Assembly: GCA_050951325.1 (NCBI GenBank)
Contig: JBMNIW010000011.1
Location: forward strand, 32,001-96,000
Length of the DNA: 64,000 nt
Direction: 5' to 3'
Source: Clostridia bacterium
GTDB taxonomy: Bacteria > Bacillota > Clostridia > UBA1212 > DUPL01
A program made the position numbers and the translations under genes. Of the stretch, positions 1-9,501 are shown piece by piece; the stretch's first letter is position 1; each line of letters starts with the position of its first letter. The notes under the pieces were generated by a model, which worked only from the letters and a program-made list of their open reading frames with translations, ran no database searches and was not told the origin of the DNA.

Positions 1-293
1 ATGTTGTGATTCATTGGAAGCATGCTCAGACATGCAGCCGCCTGTGTGGCACTGTTCCAGGCATTCTCCAAAAGCTGGGCACGCTTTTGCGGAGTGCCTG
101 TTGCCAATGCTTTGAGCAGGTATTCTTCCACATTGTTTGTATGCTCTACAAGGTCGGTAAAGGCACGGTTGTACTGGTTTTCGAGTGCAATTTCATAGTC
201 TTGGGCCATTTTGTTGTAATAGACGCCATATACTGTAAGCCCTACTAGCATTAAGAAAACCATTGTTGACGCTACAAAGTTTCTTGCCTTCAT
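1..293 (-). CDS. ypeB: Germination protein YpeB, 5' part (runs off the window start; not in ORF track)
   Basis: Manual translation MKARNFVASTMVFLMLVGLTVYGVYYNKMAQDYEIALENQYNRAFTDLVEHTNNVEEYLLKALA...; N-terminal TM helix plus the LENQYxRAFxDL YpeB signature; GGAGGA RBS at 297-303. Confidence 0.8.
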   Translation of the reverse strand, partial: MKARNFVASTMVFLMLVGLTVYGVYYNKMAQDYEIALENQYNRAFTDLVEHTNNVEEYLLKALATGTPQKRAQLLENAWNSATQAAACLSMLPMNHN

Positions 294-474
294 ATTCTCC
301 TCCAATTCCGCTTCTTAAGCTTTGTTTTACCTAAACTTGATTCAATTGTATTTTTAACTAAAACTTGCATTTTATCCTTAAAAAAATTGGAAGGAAAGAA
401 TTCTATAAAAACATAAACTGCATATACATACATTGAATTCAATGAATTTATCAAATTATAAAGAGGGATAAAAA

Positions 475-747
475 ATGATTGCAATTTTAAAAAACAACGC
501 CTTCAGGATAGTGGATAGAATAAGGGAAATGGATAGAGAGAAAAAAGAAAAGAAGCGTATTGAGATGGAGTATGCACTCCTTCAAGAAGAACTATACAAG
601 ACGAATGTTCAGATACGTTCTGCGTACAATAATTTTAACAACACTACTGACAAGGATTGCATCTCCTACTATCTATTTCTCATAAAAGCGCTTGAATCAA
701 GATATGCACTTCTTCTGAAACGGGCAAAAGATATCGATTATGCATAA
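475..747 (+). CDS. YaaL/DUF2508 family protein
   Basis: 90 aa helical protein with AYNNFNNTTDKDCISYYLFLIKALESRYALLLKRAK pattern; AGAGGG RBS. Confidence 0.7.
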   Translation: MIAILKNNAFRIVDRIREMDREKKEKKRIEMEYALLQEELYKTNVQIRSAYNNFNNTTDKDCISYYLFLIKALESRYALLLKRAKDIDYA

Positions 748-818
748 TCTTGAAACAGCATACAATAGGTTGTATAATTGAAAGAGATAAAGTATATGAA
801 AAATGTCAGGAGTATTGT

Positions 819-1682
819 ATGGGCAACATAGTCGTAAAATCAAAAGCAAAAGTAAATCTTTCACTGGACATACTTGGATTAAGAGATGATGGCTATCACG
901 AAGTGTTAATGATAGTGCAAACAATTCCTCTTTACGATATGATAACCATAACAACAGAAAAGTCGATAGCCCCATCTATCGAACTTACATGCAACAAGAA
1001 AACACTTCCTACAGATTCAAGAAATCTGGCTTACAAAGCCGCAAAAATGCTGATGGACAAGGCAGGAATCAACGATAGAATCAAGATTAGTATAAAAAAA
1101 AGAATACCCGTCGGAGGAGGTCTAGGTGGAGGCAGCTCAAATGCCGCTTCAGTCCTAAATGGCCTTAACACATTGTACAAGTTGGGCATACCAACGGAAG
1201 AGCTGGCTGAAATGTCAAAAACATTGGGTTCCGATGTCCCCGCTCTTGTATATGGAGGTTGCGTTCTTGCAAAAGGCACAGGTACGGATGTCTCCCCTCT
1301 CCCTTCTCTTAAAAAAGGCTATATGCTTCTTGTTAATCCGGGTGTTTTTGTATCAACTGAAAAAGTGTATCACAAGTACGACACCATGCATATTCCAAAA
1401 GATGCACACCCTGACACAAATCAGCTCATAAAGTTCTTAAGACAGGGGGATCTTCATGCTTTTGCTAAAAACATGAAGAATGTTCTTGAATATCCTGTCC
1501 TGGAAAGCAAGTCAAAAATTAGGAATCTGAAACAGGAAATGATGCAGACCGGTGCACTTGGCACCATGATGACCGGTTCAGGCTCATCCATCTTTTCACT
1601 GTTTGATGATATTAAAAAGGCTTACGCAGCCCTGGAACACTTTAGAAAACAACATTACTTTGCCGTCTTGATAAATTTATAG
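819..1682 (+). CDS. ispE: 4-diphosphocytidyl-2-C-methyl-D-erythritol kinase
   Basis: AKVNLSLDILG..DGYHE, GHMP motif IPVGGGLGGGSSNAA, MTGSGSS; start moved to ATG 819 after AGGAG. Confidence 0.95.
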   Translation: MGNIVVKSKAKVNLSLDILGLRDDGYHEVLMIVQTIPLYDMITITTEKSIAPSIELTCNKKTLPTDSRNLAYKAAKMLMDKAGINDRIKISIKKRIPVGGGLGGGSSNAASVLNGLNTLYKLGIPTEELAEMSKTLGSDVPALVYGGCVLAKGTGTDVSPLPSLKKGYMLLVNPGVFVSTEKVYHKYDTMHIPKDAHPDTNQLIKFLRQGDLHAFAKNMKNVLEYPVLESKSKIRNLKQEMMQTGALGTMMTGSGSSIFSLFDDIKKAYAALEHFRKQHYFAVLINL

Positions 1683-1989
1683 AGCTTACTCCGGTAAAAT
1701 TACAACACAATGATTACGGGAGAGAGTATGACAATTATTAGAATAAACAGTAACTTCTTTAACCATTTTTTCTTTCACTACTCGACCCTCCTTCCAAATA
1801 TTGCATTATAATACAAAGCAATGATATTTCAATAATATTTATACCTAAGGGACCGAATAACATTTGACCACAAGATCCGAGGTGCAGATTATACCACTTG
1901 TATCATAACAAGCGGCATCTAGAATTACTTTTCTTTATTGTTAATTATGATATAATTTTTTTCATTAAAGCTTATAAATCGGAGATGAT

Positions 1990-3255
1990 TTGAAAATGAC
2001 AAAACCCTATTGCTTTGAAAGATATATTAAAACAGAAACATGCATACCAAAAAGTATCAAAAAAGTTTCCGAACCACGTATTTATATTACGGTTAATGAA
2101 GCCATTGAAGATTTCTCCGCTTTCAAGTCAATTATCTTATATGCTTATTCTGGAAGACAGTATTGGGAAAGCCCCTCACTAACATTTAATGATCTTTTTT
2201 CTTCCATTGACAAGAAGCTGCATAATATGGATTCAGCTAAAATTTCGATACCTGAACTCTGCGATTGGTATCATACATGCCTAAAAGGAATGAAAATCGT
2301 AGATAATCACTTGACTATCTATACCTTGTATAATGGTATCTTTAGATTTGGTGCTGAATATGCTGCATATTTTACCGACGTTACCGTTGAAAAAGATTTT
2401 AACTCATACCGTGTTATACAGAGTAATGACAAACAAATAAATGTCGGCAGTATAATTGATGTAAATAAGGATAATCTATTCAAAACTTTATCTCCTTCTG
2501 ATAAAGAATATTATCTTGTAGGAATACGCAGTTGGACTCCGGTGGAAACTATTTCTGTAGAATGTAACGGCAAAGAAATCCAGTTGCCATTACATAAATG
2601 TCGTGCCTCGGCCAATAAATTTACAGGTAGACGAAACCACTTCATTCATAGTGACGTTGATGGTATCTGTGTAGTTACATCCAACACATTCGAACTTAAC
2701 GAGAATTATACATTTGATATGGCAAAAACGTTAGGAAAGAATTTACAAAGCAAAAAAGCATTAATATGGAATCTATCAGACAATAGTGGAGGAACATCTG
2801 ATTATGCAGATTATTTCATCAGAGGTCTTAATGGTTACTCAGAGTGTAATACTAATGTCGCCATTTTACATTCCAATTATACTGATGCATCGTATAATAA
2901 CACACCATATTATAAATGGGATTACATTATTGATGAGGGTTATGATTATTCGAAATCCATGTACAAAGGTTTTCTATATGTTATTATGAATAGTCGGACA
3001 GCTTCTTCTGGAGAAACGGCAATAGGATATGCAAAAAGTGTAGAAAAATGTTTGACATTCGGAGAAAACTCCTACGGTTGTGGGGTGTTTGGCGAATTAA
3101 AATATTATCAATTACCTTATAGTAAAACTACAATGGCCGTACCAAGCAAAATATTTTTAGGTGATTTTGAAGAAGGTAAGGGATATACACCGGATTACTG
3201 GGTTGATAGCATTGATGTTCTGAGCGAAGTTCTAAAATGGCTTAAGTATAAATAA
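1990..3255 (+). CDS. S41 family peptidase-like protein (no signal peptide)
   Basis: WNLSDNSGG (variant of DLRxNxGG), TASSGE catalytic-Ser motif, FGENSYG, EGKGYTPDYWV; visibly AT-rich codon usage. Confidence 0.7.
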   Translation: MKMTKPYCFERYIKTETCIPKSIKKVSEPRIYITVNEAIEDFSAFKSIILYAYSGRQYWESPSLTFNDLFSSIDKKLHNMDSAKISIPELCDWYHTCLKGMKIVDNHLTIYTLYNGIFRFGAEYAAYFTDVTVEKDFNSYRVIQSNDKQINVGSIIDVNKDNLFKTLSPSDKEYYLVGIRSWTPVETISVECNGKEIQLPLHKCRASANKFTGRRNHFIHSDVDGICVVTSNTFELNENYTFDMAKTLGKNLQSKKALIWNLSDNSGGTSDYADYFIRGLNGYSECNTNVAILHSNYTDASYNNTPYYKWDYIIDEGYDYSKSMYKGFLYVIMNSRTASSGETAIGYAKSVEKCLTFGENSYGCGVFGELKYYQLPYSKTTMAVPSKIFLGDFEEGKGYTPDYWVDSIDVLSEVLKWLKYK

Positions 3256-3361
3256 AATACTAATTTAAAAGGGGGTGTGTTGTGCATCTTTTTGACTACG
3301 GTGTGCATTGTATATTAAAATGGATCACCTTTCCCAAATAAAATGAATACTGAACGGTTTA

Positions 3362-3388
3362 ATGCCTATTGAGGTTCTCAGTAGGCAT
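3362..3388. terminator. Hairpin, probable intrinsic terminator
   Basis: ATGCCTATTGAG-GTT-CTCAGTAGGCAT inverted repeat with one non-Watson-Crick position (G-U in the + strand RNA). Confidence 0.5.
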
Positions 3389-3426
3389 CTTTAAAATCAA
3401 AGGCTGTATAACTTCACGGCTTTCCC

Positions 3427-3572
3427 TCATCCAAACTTCAGTGCAAAACGCTGCTTCATTTCCTCGGTGGCGGTTACCGTGTATGTCATGGTTATAATAC
3501 TTCCCCGACCGCTTCTTTCTGCTGCATATTCAGATGTGCTATAAATTTATTTGAAAACTCTTCCTGTGTCAT
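3427..3572 (-). pseudogene. Collapsed remnant of a UvrD/PcrA-like ATP-dependent helicase
   Basis: AAGGA RBS then MTQEEFSNKFIAHLNMQQKEAV (Q motif), SGK (Walker A tail) in a second frame and SIITMTYTVTATEEMKQRFALKFG* (motif Ia) in a third frame. Confidence 0.65.
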
Positions 3573-3846
3573 CTTATCAATTCCTTATATTTTTTCAGTT
3601 TATATTAACACATGCTTTTATTATATGTACATTACCCATCTTAACTTATATATATATATAGTTACGCAAAAACAGCCTCTCATCCTCTATGAATGAGACG
3701 ATAGGCTGTGATTTGCATTCAAACTATTTTATTACTAACATTATACAAAATTATACAAATAGGTAGTTTTTCTTGATGGATGCCTCAATTGACATTTGAC
3801 AGTATTGGAGGTATTATAATCTTAATTATTGATTGGGAGGCTTAGT

Positions 3847-4647
3847 ATGAGATATGAAATAGACCATGATATACATATACACTCTCATCTCTCATTGTGT
3901 TCCAATGACCCAATGCAGACAAAAGAGAATATTCTTGCGTATGCAATAAGGAATAATCTGAAATACATTTGTTTGACTGATCATTTTTGGGATGAAAATA
4001 TACCCAGAGCTAATGAGTTTTATGAGCCGCAGAATTTTGAGCATATTAAAAAGGCTCTTCCTTTGCCTGAAAGTGATTCAGTTAAATTCTATTTTGGCTG
4101 TGAAACAGAGATGGATAAGAACTACAGACTTGGCATATCGGAAGAAAGGTTTGACTCTTTCGACTTTGTTATCATCCCAACTACCCATCTGCACATGATG
4201 TCCTTCACAATAGACGAAAAGGATACATCACTTGAAAGGCGCGCAGACCTTTATGTTGCCAGGCTTGACAAACTCCTTGATATGGATATACCTTTCCACA
4301 AGATTGGAATTGCCCATCTGACCTGTCCCTTAATGGCCCCAAACAACAAGGACGATCACTTGAAGGTATTGGACCTCATACCAGACAAAGTCTTTAAAGA
4401 ACTGTTTTCAAAAATTGCTAAAAAGAAAGCAGGTTTTGAGCTAAACTTCTCCTTTTTTCAATATGAAGGAGAATCCTTGGAGAGAGTGCTTAGACCATAC
4501 AGGATAGCCAAGGAATGTAATTGTAAGTTCTATCTGGGCAGTGATGCCCACCATCCACAAGGTTTTGATTATGCAATAAAGAACTTCAGTGCTATTATTG
4601 ATGCACTGGATCTTAAGGAATCTGACAAGTTCAAGATAAAAAATTGA
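3847..4647 (+). CDS. PHP-domain phosphoesterase
   Basis: DIHIHS, LTDH, IAH and GSDAH metal-binding motifs; GGGAGG RBS before ATG 3847. Confidence 0.85.
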   Translation: MRYEIDHDIHIHSHLSLCSNDPMQTKENILAYAIRNNLKYICLTDHFWDENIPRANEFYEPQNFEHIKKALPLPESDSVKFYFGCETEMDKNYRLGISEERFDSFDFVIIPTTHLHMMSFTIDEKDTSLERRADLYVARLDKLLDMDIPFHKIGIAHLTCPLMAPNNKDDHLKVLDLIPDKVFKELFSKIAKKKAGFELNFSFFQYEGESLERVLRPYRIAKECNCKFYLGSDAHHPQGFDYAIKNFSAIIDALDLKESDKFKIKN

Positions 4648-4679
4648 GCAAACCCGCAAGAGTTTGCTCAAAGATATCT

Positions 4680-5795
4680 TTAAGGAAGTATAGTTATTAC
4701 AGGGCGTCTGTCAGAAGGACAGCTGACGTCAAACATGTTTTTGACACCCATGATCTTGACATTGTCGAGAAACATTTCCTTGAGCTCTGCTCCTCTTTGA
4801 AGGATTTCATTCGGCTGATAGGTAAGGAAAATGTCTGAGTTCTCAATAATGCAGTTCCTGAAAGTTATATCATGATATGGCTCTTCAGAGGGAAAAACCT
4901 CACTGGCAAAGTGCAGCCATATTCTTACCATGTTGTGTCTTCCCGCTTCTCTTGGAAGGGTGTTGTCCTTCCTTCTGACCGCCTCTGTGTAACGGTTCTG
5001 GACAACAGTCATTCTATGAGGATAAATGCCAGGTCCCCAGATATGGCAATTCTCTACAAGGATATGACTTCCACCCATTCTGAAAGCATCACAGGAGGTG
5101 TTCATATTACAGTTCCTTACAACCAGTCCTTCCACATTAATTCCACCAATACAGTCGTCACCCGTATGTATGATGCAGTCTTCAATCAATGTATTTCTGC
5201 AGAAATGGAGATGGAATCCGTCGCTTCCTCCATAGCATTTAAGACCTCTTGCAGTTACATTTGTACAGTTGTCTATCTGGTGTGCGAAATTGCCAAAGTG
5301 CTGTATGGTATAACCTTCCAGAAGCAAATTGTTCACGTTGGTAATAAATATGCCGTGAGGTCCCCTGTAGCCTTCTTCCCCATTAGGATCCGCACAGTCA
5401 TCACCATCTATCACAGAATCAGGTTCTCCAATTATTGATATGTTTTTTCCTCCATAAACGGATATGATTGCCCTTCTGTACTCTTCCCAAGGCTTGTCGT
5501 TATAATAGTTTGGGATAAGTTCCATGTCCGTACGCAGTTCCACACCTTCCGGCACTTCAAACACTGGATAATCCTCGCATATGTCCGAGCCCAGGAGATA
5601 TGCCCCGGATTCAAGAAGGAGTGTCGTATCCGACCACATACGAAGACCTCCAGTACGATATTTGCCTGATGGTATAACTACAGTGCCCCCCTCATCCTTA
5701 CACATGTCAAAAACTCTTTGCAATGCTTCGGTTTGCAATTCTTCCTTGCCTGGAACCACTCCATAATCGGTAACTTTGAAAACTCGTGTGCTCAT
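4680..5795 (-). CDS. GH28-like / pectin-lyase-fold (beta-helix) glycoside hydrolase
   Basis: FKVTDYG..., GGTVVIPSGKY, LLLESGAYLLGS, SDGFH, TGDDCI; no signal peptide. Confidence 0.8.
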   Translation of the reverse strand: MSTRVFKVTDYGVVPGKEELQTEALQRVFDMCKDEGGTVVIPSGKYRTGGLRMWSDTTLLLESGAYLLGSDICEDYPVFEVPEGVELRTDMELIPNYYNDKPWEEYRRAIISVYGGKNISIIGEPDSVIDGDDCADPNGEEGYRGPHGIFITNVNNLLLEGYTIQHFGNFAHQIDNCTNVTARGLKCYGGSDGFHLHFCRNTLIEDCIIHTGDDCIGGINVEGLVVRNCNMNTSCDAFRMGGSHILVENCHIWGPGIYPHRMTVVQNRYTEAVRRKDNTLPREAGRHNMVRIWLHFASEVFPSEEPYHDITFRNCIIENSDIFLTYQPNEILQRGAELKEMFLDNVKIMGVKNMFDVSCPSDRRPVITILP

Positions 5796-5946
5796 TCAAA
5801 TACCCCCATGTTAATACATTTGCTTTTGCGCATAATATTACCAAATGATATGCATTCTGTCTATTGAAGAAGATTTCTTGCCAATCTTTCAGGAAGAGGA
5901 GATGGTTCAGGAATAAGAATATAAAAACACCAAACGCATCTTATCA

Positions 5947-6059
5947 ATAAACTTTGTTTTACCATTGCTTGTTGTTGCTACCACTGGCACCTTAAGCCCA
6001 AGGTCTACGCCATTACGTTTTTGCCCATTGATTTGTTTTTCATTTACTTCTATGTCAAC
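5947..6059 (-). mobile_element. Remnant of IS200/IS605 TnpB (Cas12f-like) gene, RuvC-I segment only
   Basis: Translation VDIEVNEKQINGQKRNGVDLGLKVPVVATTSNGKTKF matches the GVDLG RuvC-I motif context of Firmicutes TnpB; no start codon and no downstream RuvC-II or Zn finger. Confidence 0.6.
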
Positions 6060-6090
6060 CCGTGTTATCTATTCAAATTCAATATCCCGC

Positions 6091-7371
6091 TCATTGCTTT
6101 TTATCTGCCACTACCAGAAACCTATGACATGTAAAATCTATATATCCATCCTTTTGTATTATTCTATCAATATCTTTAAGTTTTTCCAGATATCTTTTAA
6201 TTGTAAAATTCGGAACTTGCCAGGGTATGGCTTTTAAATAGAACACAATTGCACCAACATCATAAAACCTGGTTTTCACAAATTCCTCTTTTTCCAAAGT
6301 TACATTAAACCCATTTTCCTTCAATCTGGCAACAGCAGCAATCAAATTCCATCCCACATACTCGGGCAAAGGCACACCTAACAGCTCATTGATTTCCTTG
6401 TCATTAAGGCCACCGACCTGCTGTGTAACAAATACCCCGCCCTTTTTAAGTACTCTATGTACCTCTTTTTCAGAATACGATTCATGCCTGTTTATAACCA
6501 AATCAAAAAAATAATTATCAAATGGAAGATTCTCATCACTATCCACTTTATAGACTTTAACGCCCAAGGGCTCAAGCCTCTTTCGTGCTATTGGTATGTT
6601 TGGTTCATAACCTTCAGTAGCACAGACAATTTTGGGCAGCGGGGCAAGGGATGAAAGAAATTCTCCTCCACCAGTACCCATGTCCAATAACGAAGAACAG
6701 CGGTTCATCCTTTTCTTTACCTCATGCCAGTAGTTCCACGAAAGCGGAAACTCCTGCATTCTGTTTGTTGATTCAAGATACGAAAAATCCCATCCTTCAA
6801 AGTGTTTTTTCTCTTCTTCAATCAACAAATCAAAAAAATCCCTGTCCTTTTTTCTATTAACCAAAAACTCTTCCTTTGTCATTTCATAATCAACAGCCGT
6901 TCTATATTTGCCGGTCTGGTCTTTCCAGCAATTCTCCCTTGTACCTACTCTTCTTGCTCCGATTTTCCTCTCATAGACATGCTGTGCCCTTGTATTTTCA
7001 ATCATTGTATCCCATACAATTCTATCTACAAAATTGAAAAGATGTTCAAACAGCAATAGAATGATTTTAGTGCCATATCCTTTGTTCTGATAGTCAAAAT
7101 CACATATCTTCCACCCGGGATATGCAGTATTATCCTCAATTCTGTAACTTAGCTCGCCAACAGCCTTACCATCAATCTCAATGATGCAAAGCTGCCTTGA
7201 ATTATTATTCCTACTCTTTACGTTGTTTATGGTTTCCTCAAGAGACTCTCCCACTCCATAGGGAAATCCTGCGTGTTCCATGGCACGCCCGTCATTCCAC
7301 CACTGGTTCAGAAGAATTGCATCTTCAACTGTAGCACTTCTTACAACAATATTGTCTTTTGTCAGCCTCAT
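6091..7371 (-). CDS. GNAT (RimJ/RimL-like) acetyltransferase fused to a class I SAM-dependent methyltransferase
   Basis: N-terminal YQNKGYGTK acetyl-CoA motif; C-terminal FEGWDFSYL...LLDMGTGGGE...FDLVINRH...FVTQQVG methyltransferase domain. Confidence 0.8.
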   Translation of the reverse strand: MRLTKDNIVVRSATVEDAILLNQWWNDGRAMEHAGFPYGVGESLEETINNVKSRNNNSRQLCIIEIDGKAVGELSYRIEDNTAYPGWKICDFDYQNKGYGTKIILLLFEHLFNFVDRIVWDTMIENTRAQHVYERKIGARRVGTRENCWKDQTGKYRTAVDYEMTKEEFLVNRKKDRDFFDLLIEEEKKHFEGWDFSYLESTNRMQEFPLSWNYWHEVKKRMNRCSSLLDMGTGGGEFLSSLAPLPKIVCATEGYEPNIPIARKRLEPLGVKVYKVDSDENLPFDNYFFDLVINRHESYSEKEVHRVLKKGGVFVTQQVGGLNDKEINELLGVPLPEYVGWNLIAAVARLKENGFNVTLEKEEFVKTRFYDVGAIVFYLKAIPWQVPNFTIKRYLEKLKDIDRIIQKDGYIDFTCHRFLVVADKKQ

Positions 7372-7383
7372 AACTACCCTCTT

Positions 7384-7827
7384 TTACTTATGGTACGGTT
7401 CGTTGTTATTGATCTTCATCGCCCTGTATATCTGCTCAAGAATGATAAACCTTGCCATCTGGTGGGTAAATGTCATTTTTGACAGGCAAAGAAGCATATC
7501 GGCCTGCTTTCGCACTTCATCCGATATTCCTTCAGATCCACCAATAACGAATGAAAAACGAGAGTAGCCGTTAATTTGTGCTTTTTCAAACACTTGAGCA
7601 AACTCCACTGAATCTATCTCTTTACCGTATAGATCAAGGACGATAACATAAGAACCCTTTGGTATTCTGTTTAAAAGATTTTCTCCTTCTTTTTCAACAG
7701 AAGTCTCCTCATTGACCTCGACAATCTCAACTTTACCGTATCTTCCAAGCCTTTTTACATAATCATTTATTGCCTGGGTCATGTACTTTTCCTTAATTTT
7801 GCCTACCGCTACTATGCTTATTGTCAT
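7384..7827 (-). CDS. rlmH: 23S rRNA (pseudouridine1915-N3)-methyltransferase RlmH
   Basis: VAVGKIKEKY, FVIGGSEG, LSKMTFTHQMARFIILEQIYRA...EPYHK. Confidence 0.95.
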   Translation of the reverse strand: MTISIVAVGKIKEKYMTQAINDYVKRLGRYGKVEIVEVNEETSVEKEGENLLNRIPKGSYVIVLDLYGKEIDSVEFAQVFEKAQINGYSRFSFVIGGSEGISDEVRKQADMLLCLSKMTFTHQMARFIILEQIYRAMKINNNEPYHK

Positions 7828-9500
7828 TTTCCCATCCTTTGAAATATATTTTTATCTCTGTACCTTTTCGTGGTTCACTCTCAAACTCAATTGTTGCATC
7901 AAGTCTCTTTGCTGCATGCTTTACAATCGCAAGACCAAGACCTGTCCCACCTGTTTCCTTGGACCTGCTCTTGTCCACTCTGAAAAACCTTTCAAAAATC
8001 CTTGAGTGATACTCTTTAGGAATCCCTATGCCTGTATCCTTGACTGAAAGAACATTGTCTTTAAACGTAATTATTACCATCCCGTTCTCCACATTGTATC
8101 TTATTGCGTTGTCACACAAGTTGTATACAATAACTTCCGCAAGATCCCTCTTACCCTGAATCAATGCTGGCTTTGGAATAATTGTTTCGATTGTCACGTT
8201 CTTGCTTTCTGCCTGGAGCTTTAAATTATCAACACATTCCCTTATCACATCTTCCAAATCCACCTTGTCAAACTGCTTCTCCTCTTTCAGTTCCTCCAGC
8301 TCCGATATTTTAAGTATATCGCCAATTAAAGTCAACAATCTTAAAGCTTCCTGATTAATCTTGCTTGCAAAACGCCTTGCATCCTCTCCTGCAGCCATCC
8401 CGCTTTCAATAAGTTCGCTGTACCCGGTTATACTGGTAAGAGGAGTTTTAAGTTCATGTGAGACATTTGCAGTAAACTCTCTTCTGATAGTTTCTGTTTC
8501 CTTCTTCTCAGTTATGTCAAGTATAAGAAGGATTGCACCAATTCTTACACCTTCATTGTCAACAGGGCTTCCAATAACCTGAAACCATTTGCCTTTGGAA
8601 TAAATATCTTTTGACACCTTGTGTCCGCTTATTGCATCCTTTGCAATACTTGAAAGGGTTTCATTTCTTGAAAAGAACAATATGTCCTCTGCCTATACAG
8701 CAATTCGTATTGCCATCCAGCATTTTAACCGCACTGTCATTCACGGTTACAACACGCATCTTCTCATCAAGAAGAATCATGCCTTCTGACATGTTCTCCA
8801 TCACCGCTTCAATTTTATTCTTCTCAAACTGCAGTTTTGCAATCTCATTAGCTATGCGTTCATTTCGTTCCTTGATCGCCTTTACAAACGGCAACAGCTC
8901 CTCATACGGAGAATCAATATGTTCCACGTCATCTTCCTCCAGTTTGTTAGATATATCATTTATCGGCTTTATAACCTGCCTTGTCATGACTTTTGCATAG
9001 GACAAGCATATAAAGAAGATGACAATAGATATCAATAGCAAAACAGGCAGCGAGCCTACAAAAACAGCCACTGCACTTCTAGCATTTACCGAATACCGTA
9101 TAACATTCCCATCATCTAATTTGACCGCACAGTAATATGCATTTGTTCCCATGGTTCTGGATGTATGTACGGACTGACCGATACCTTTTTCCAAAGCCAT
9201 TTTGACCTCCGGTCTGTTTTTATGATTCTCCATGGCATTTACATCTGCCTGGTTGTCATACAAAACAATACCGTCAGCAGAAATCAAGGTCACTCTGCCG
9301 TCAATATCAAGCAAATCAACATTGCTTTTTACATCCTCGGTTTGATTGTACAAACTGGATAGCAAAACAGCAGTTGTACGCACATCCTCTTTCATCTGTT
9401 TTTTAAACATGCCGTAGTAGACAAGCATGGTACACAAGTTTGTGAATATAATTGAAAGGACACCGATCAAAAGAAGCCTGGTATATATTTTTCTTTTCAT
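7793..9500 (-). pseudogene. phoR: Phosphate-regulon sensor histidine kinase PhoR, split by one +1 frameshift near 8686 (real mutation or sequencing error)
   Basis: ORF 8661-9500 encodes TM-sensor-TM-start of PAS; ORF 7793-8680 encodes the PAS end, HisKA (FTANVSHELKTPLT) and HATPase (NAIRYN, DTGIGI, GTGLGL). Removing one G from AGAGGACATA gives a continuous CIGRDILFFSRNE. Confidence 0.85.
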
Positions 9501-9501
9501 G

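Noticed and set aside
1686-1778. 30-codon minus-strand ORF with a strong GGAGG RBS
   Set aside because: A shifted frame reads WLKKLLFILIIVILSPVIIVL*, so it is more likely a decayed membrane-protein start; too short to call
1851-1922. DRITFDHKIRG, resembling the VTC/polyphosphate-polymerase RITFD motif
   Set aside because: Only a few residues of similarity; could be chance
3647-3660. (TA)n tract
   Set aside because: Short microsatellite in AT-rich intergenic DNA with no evident function
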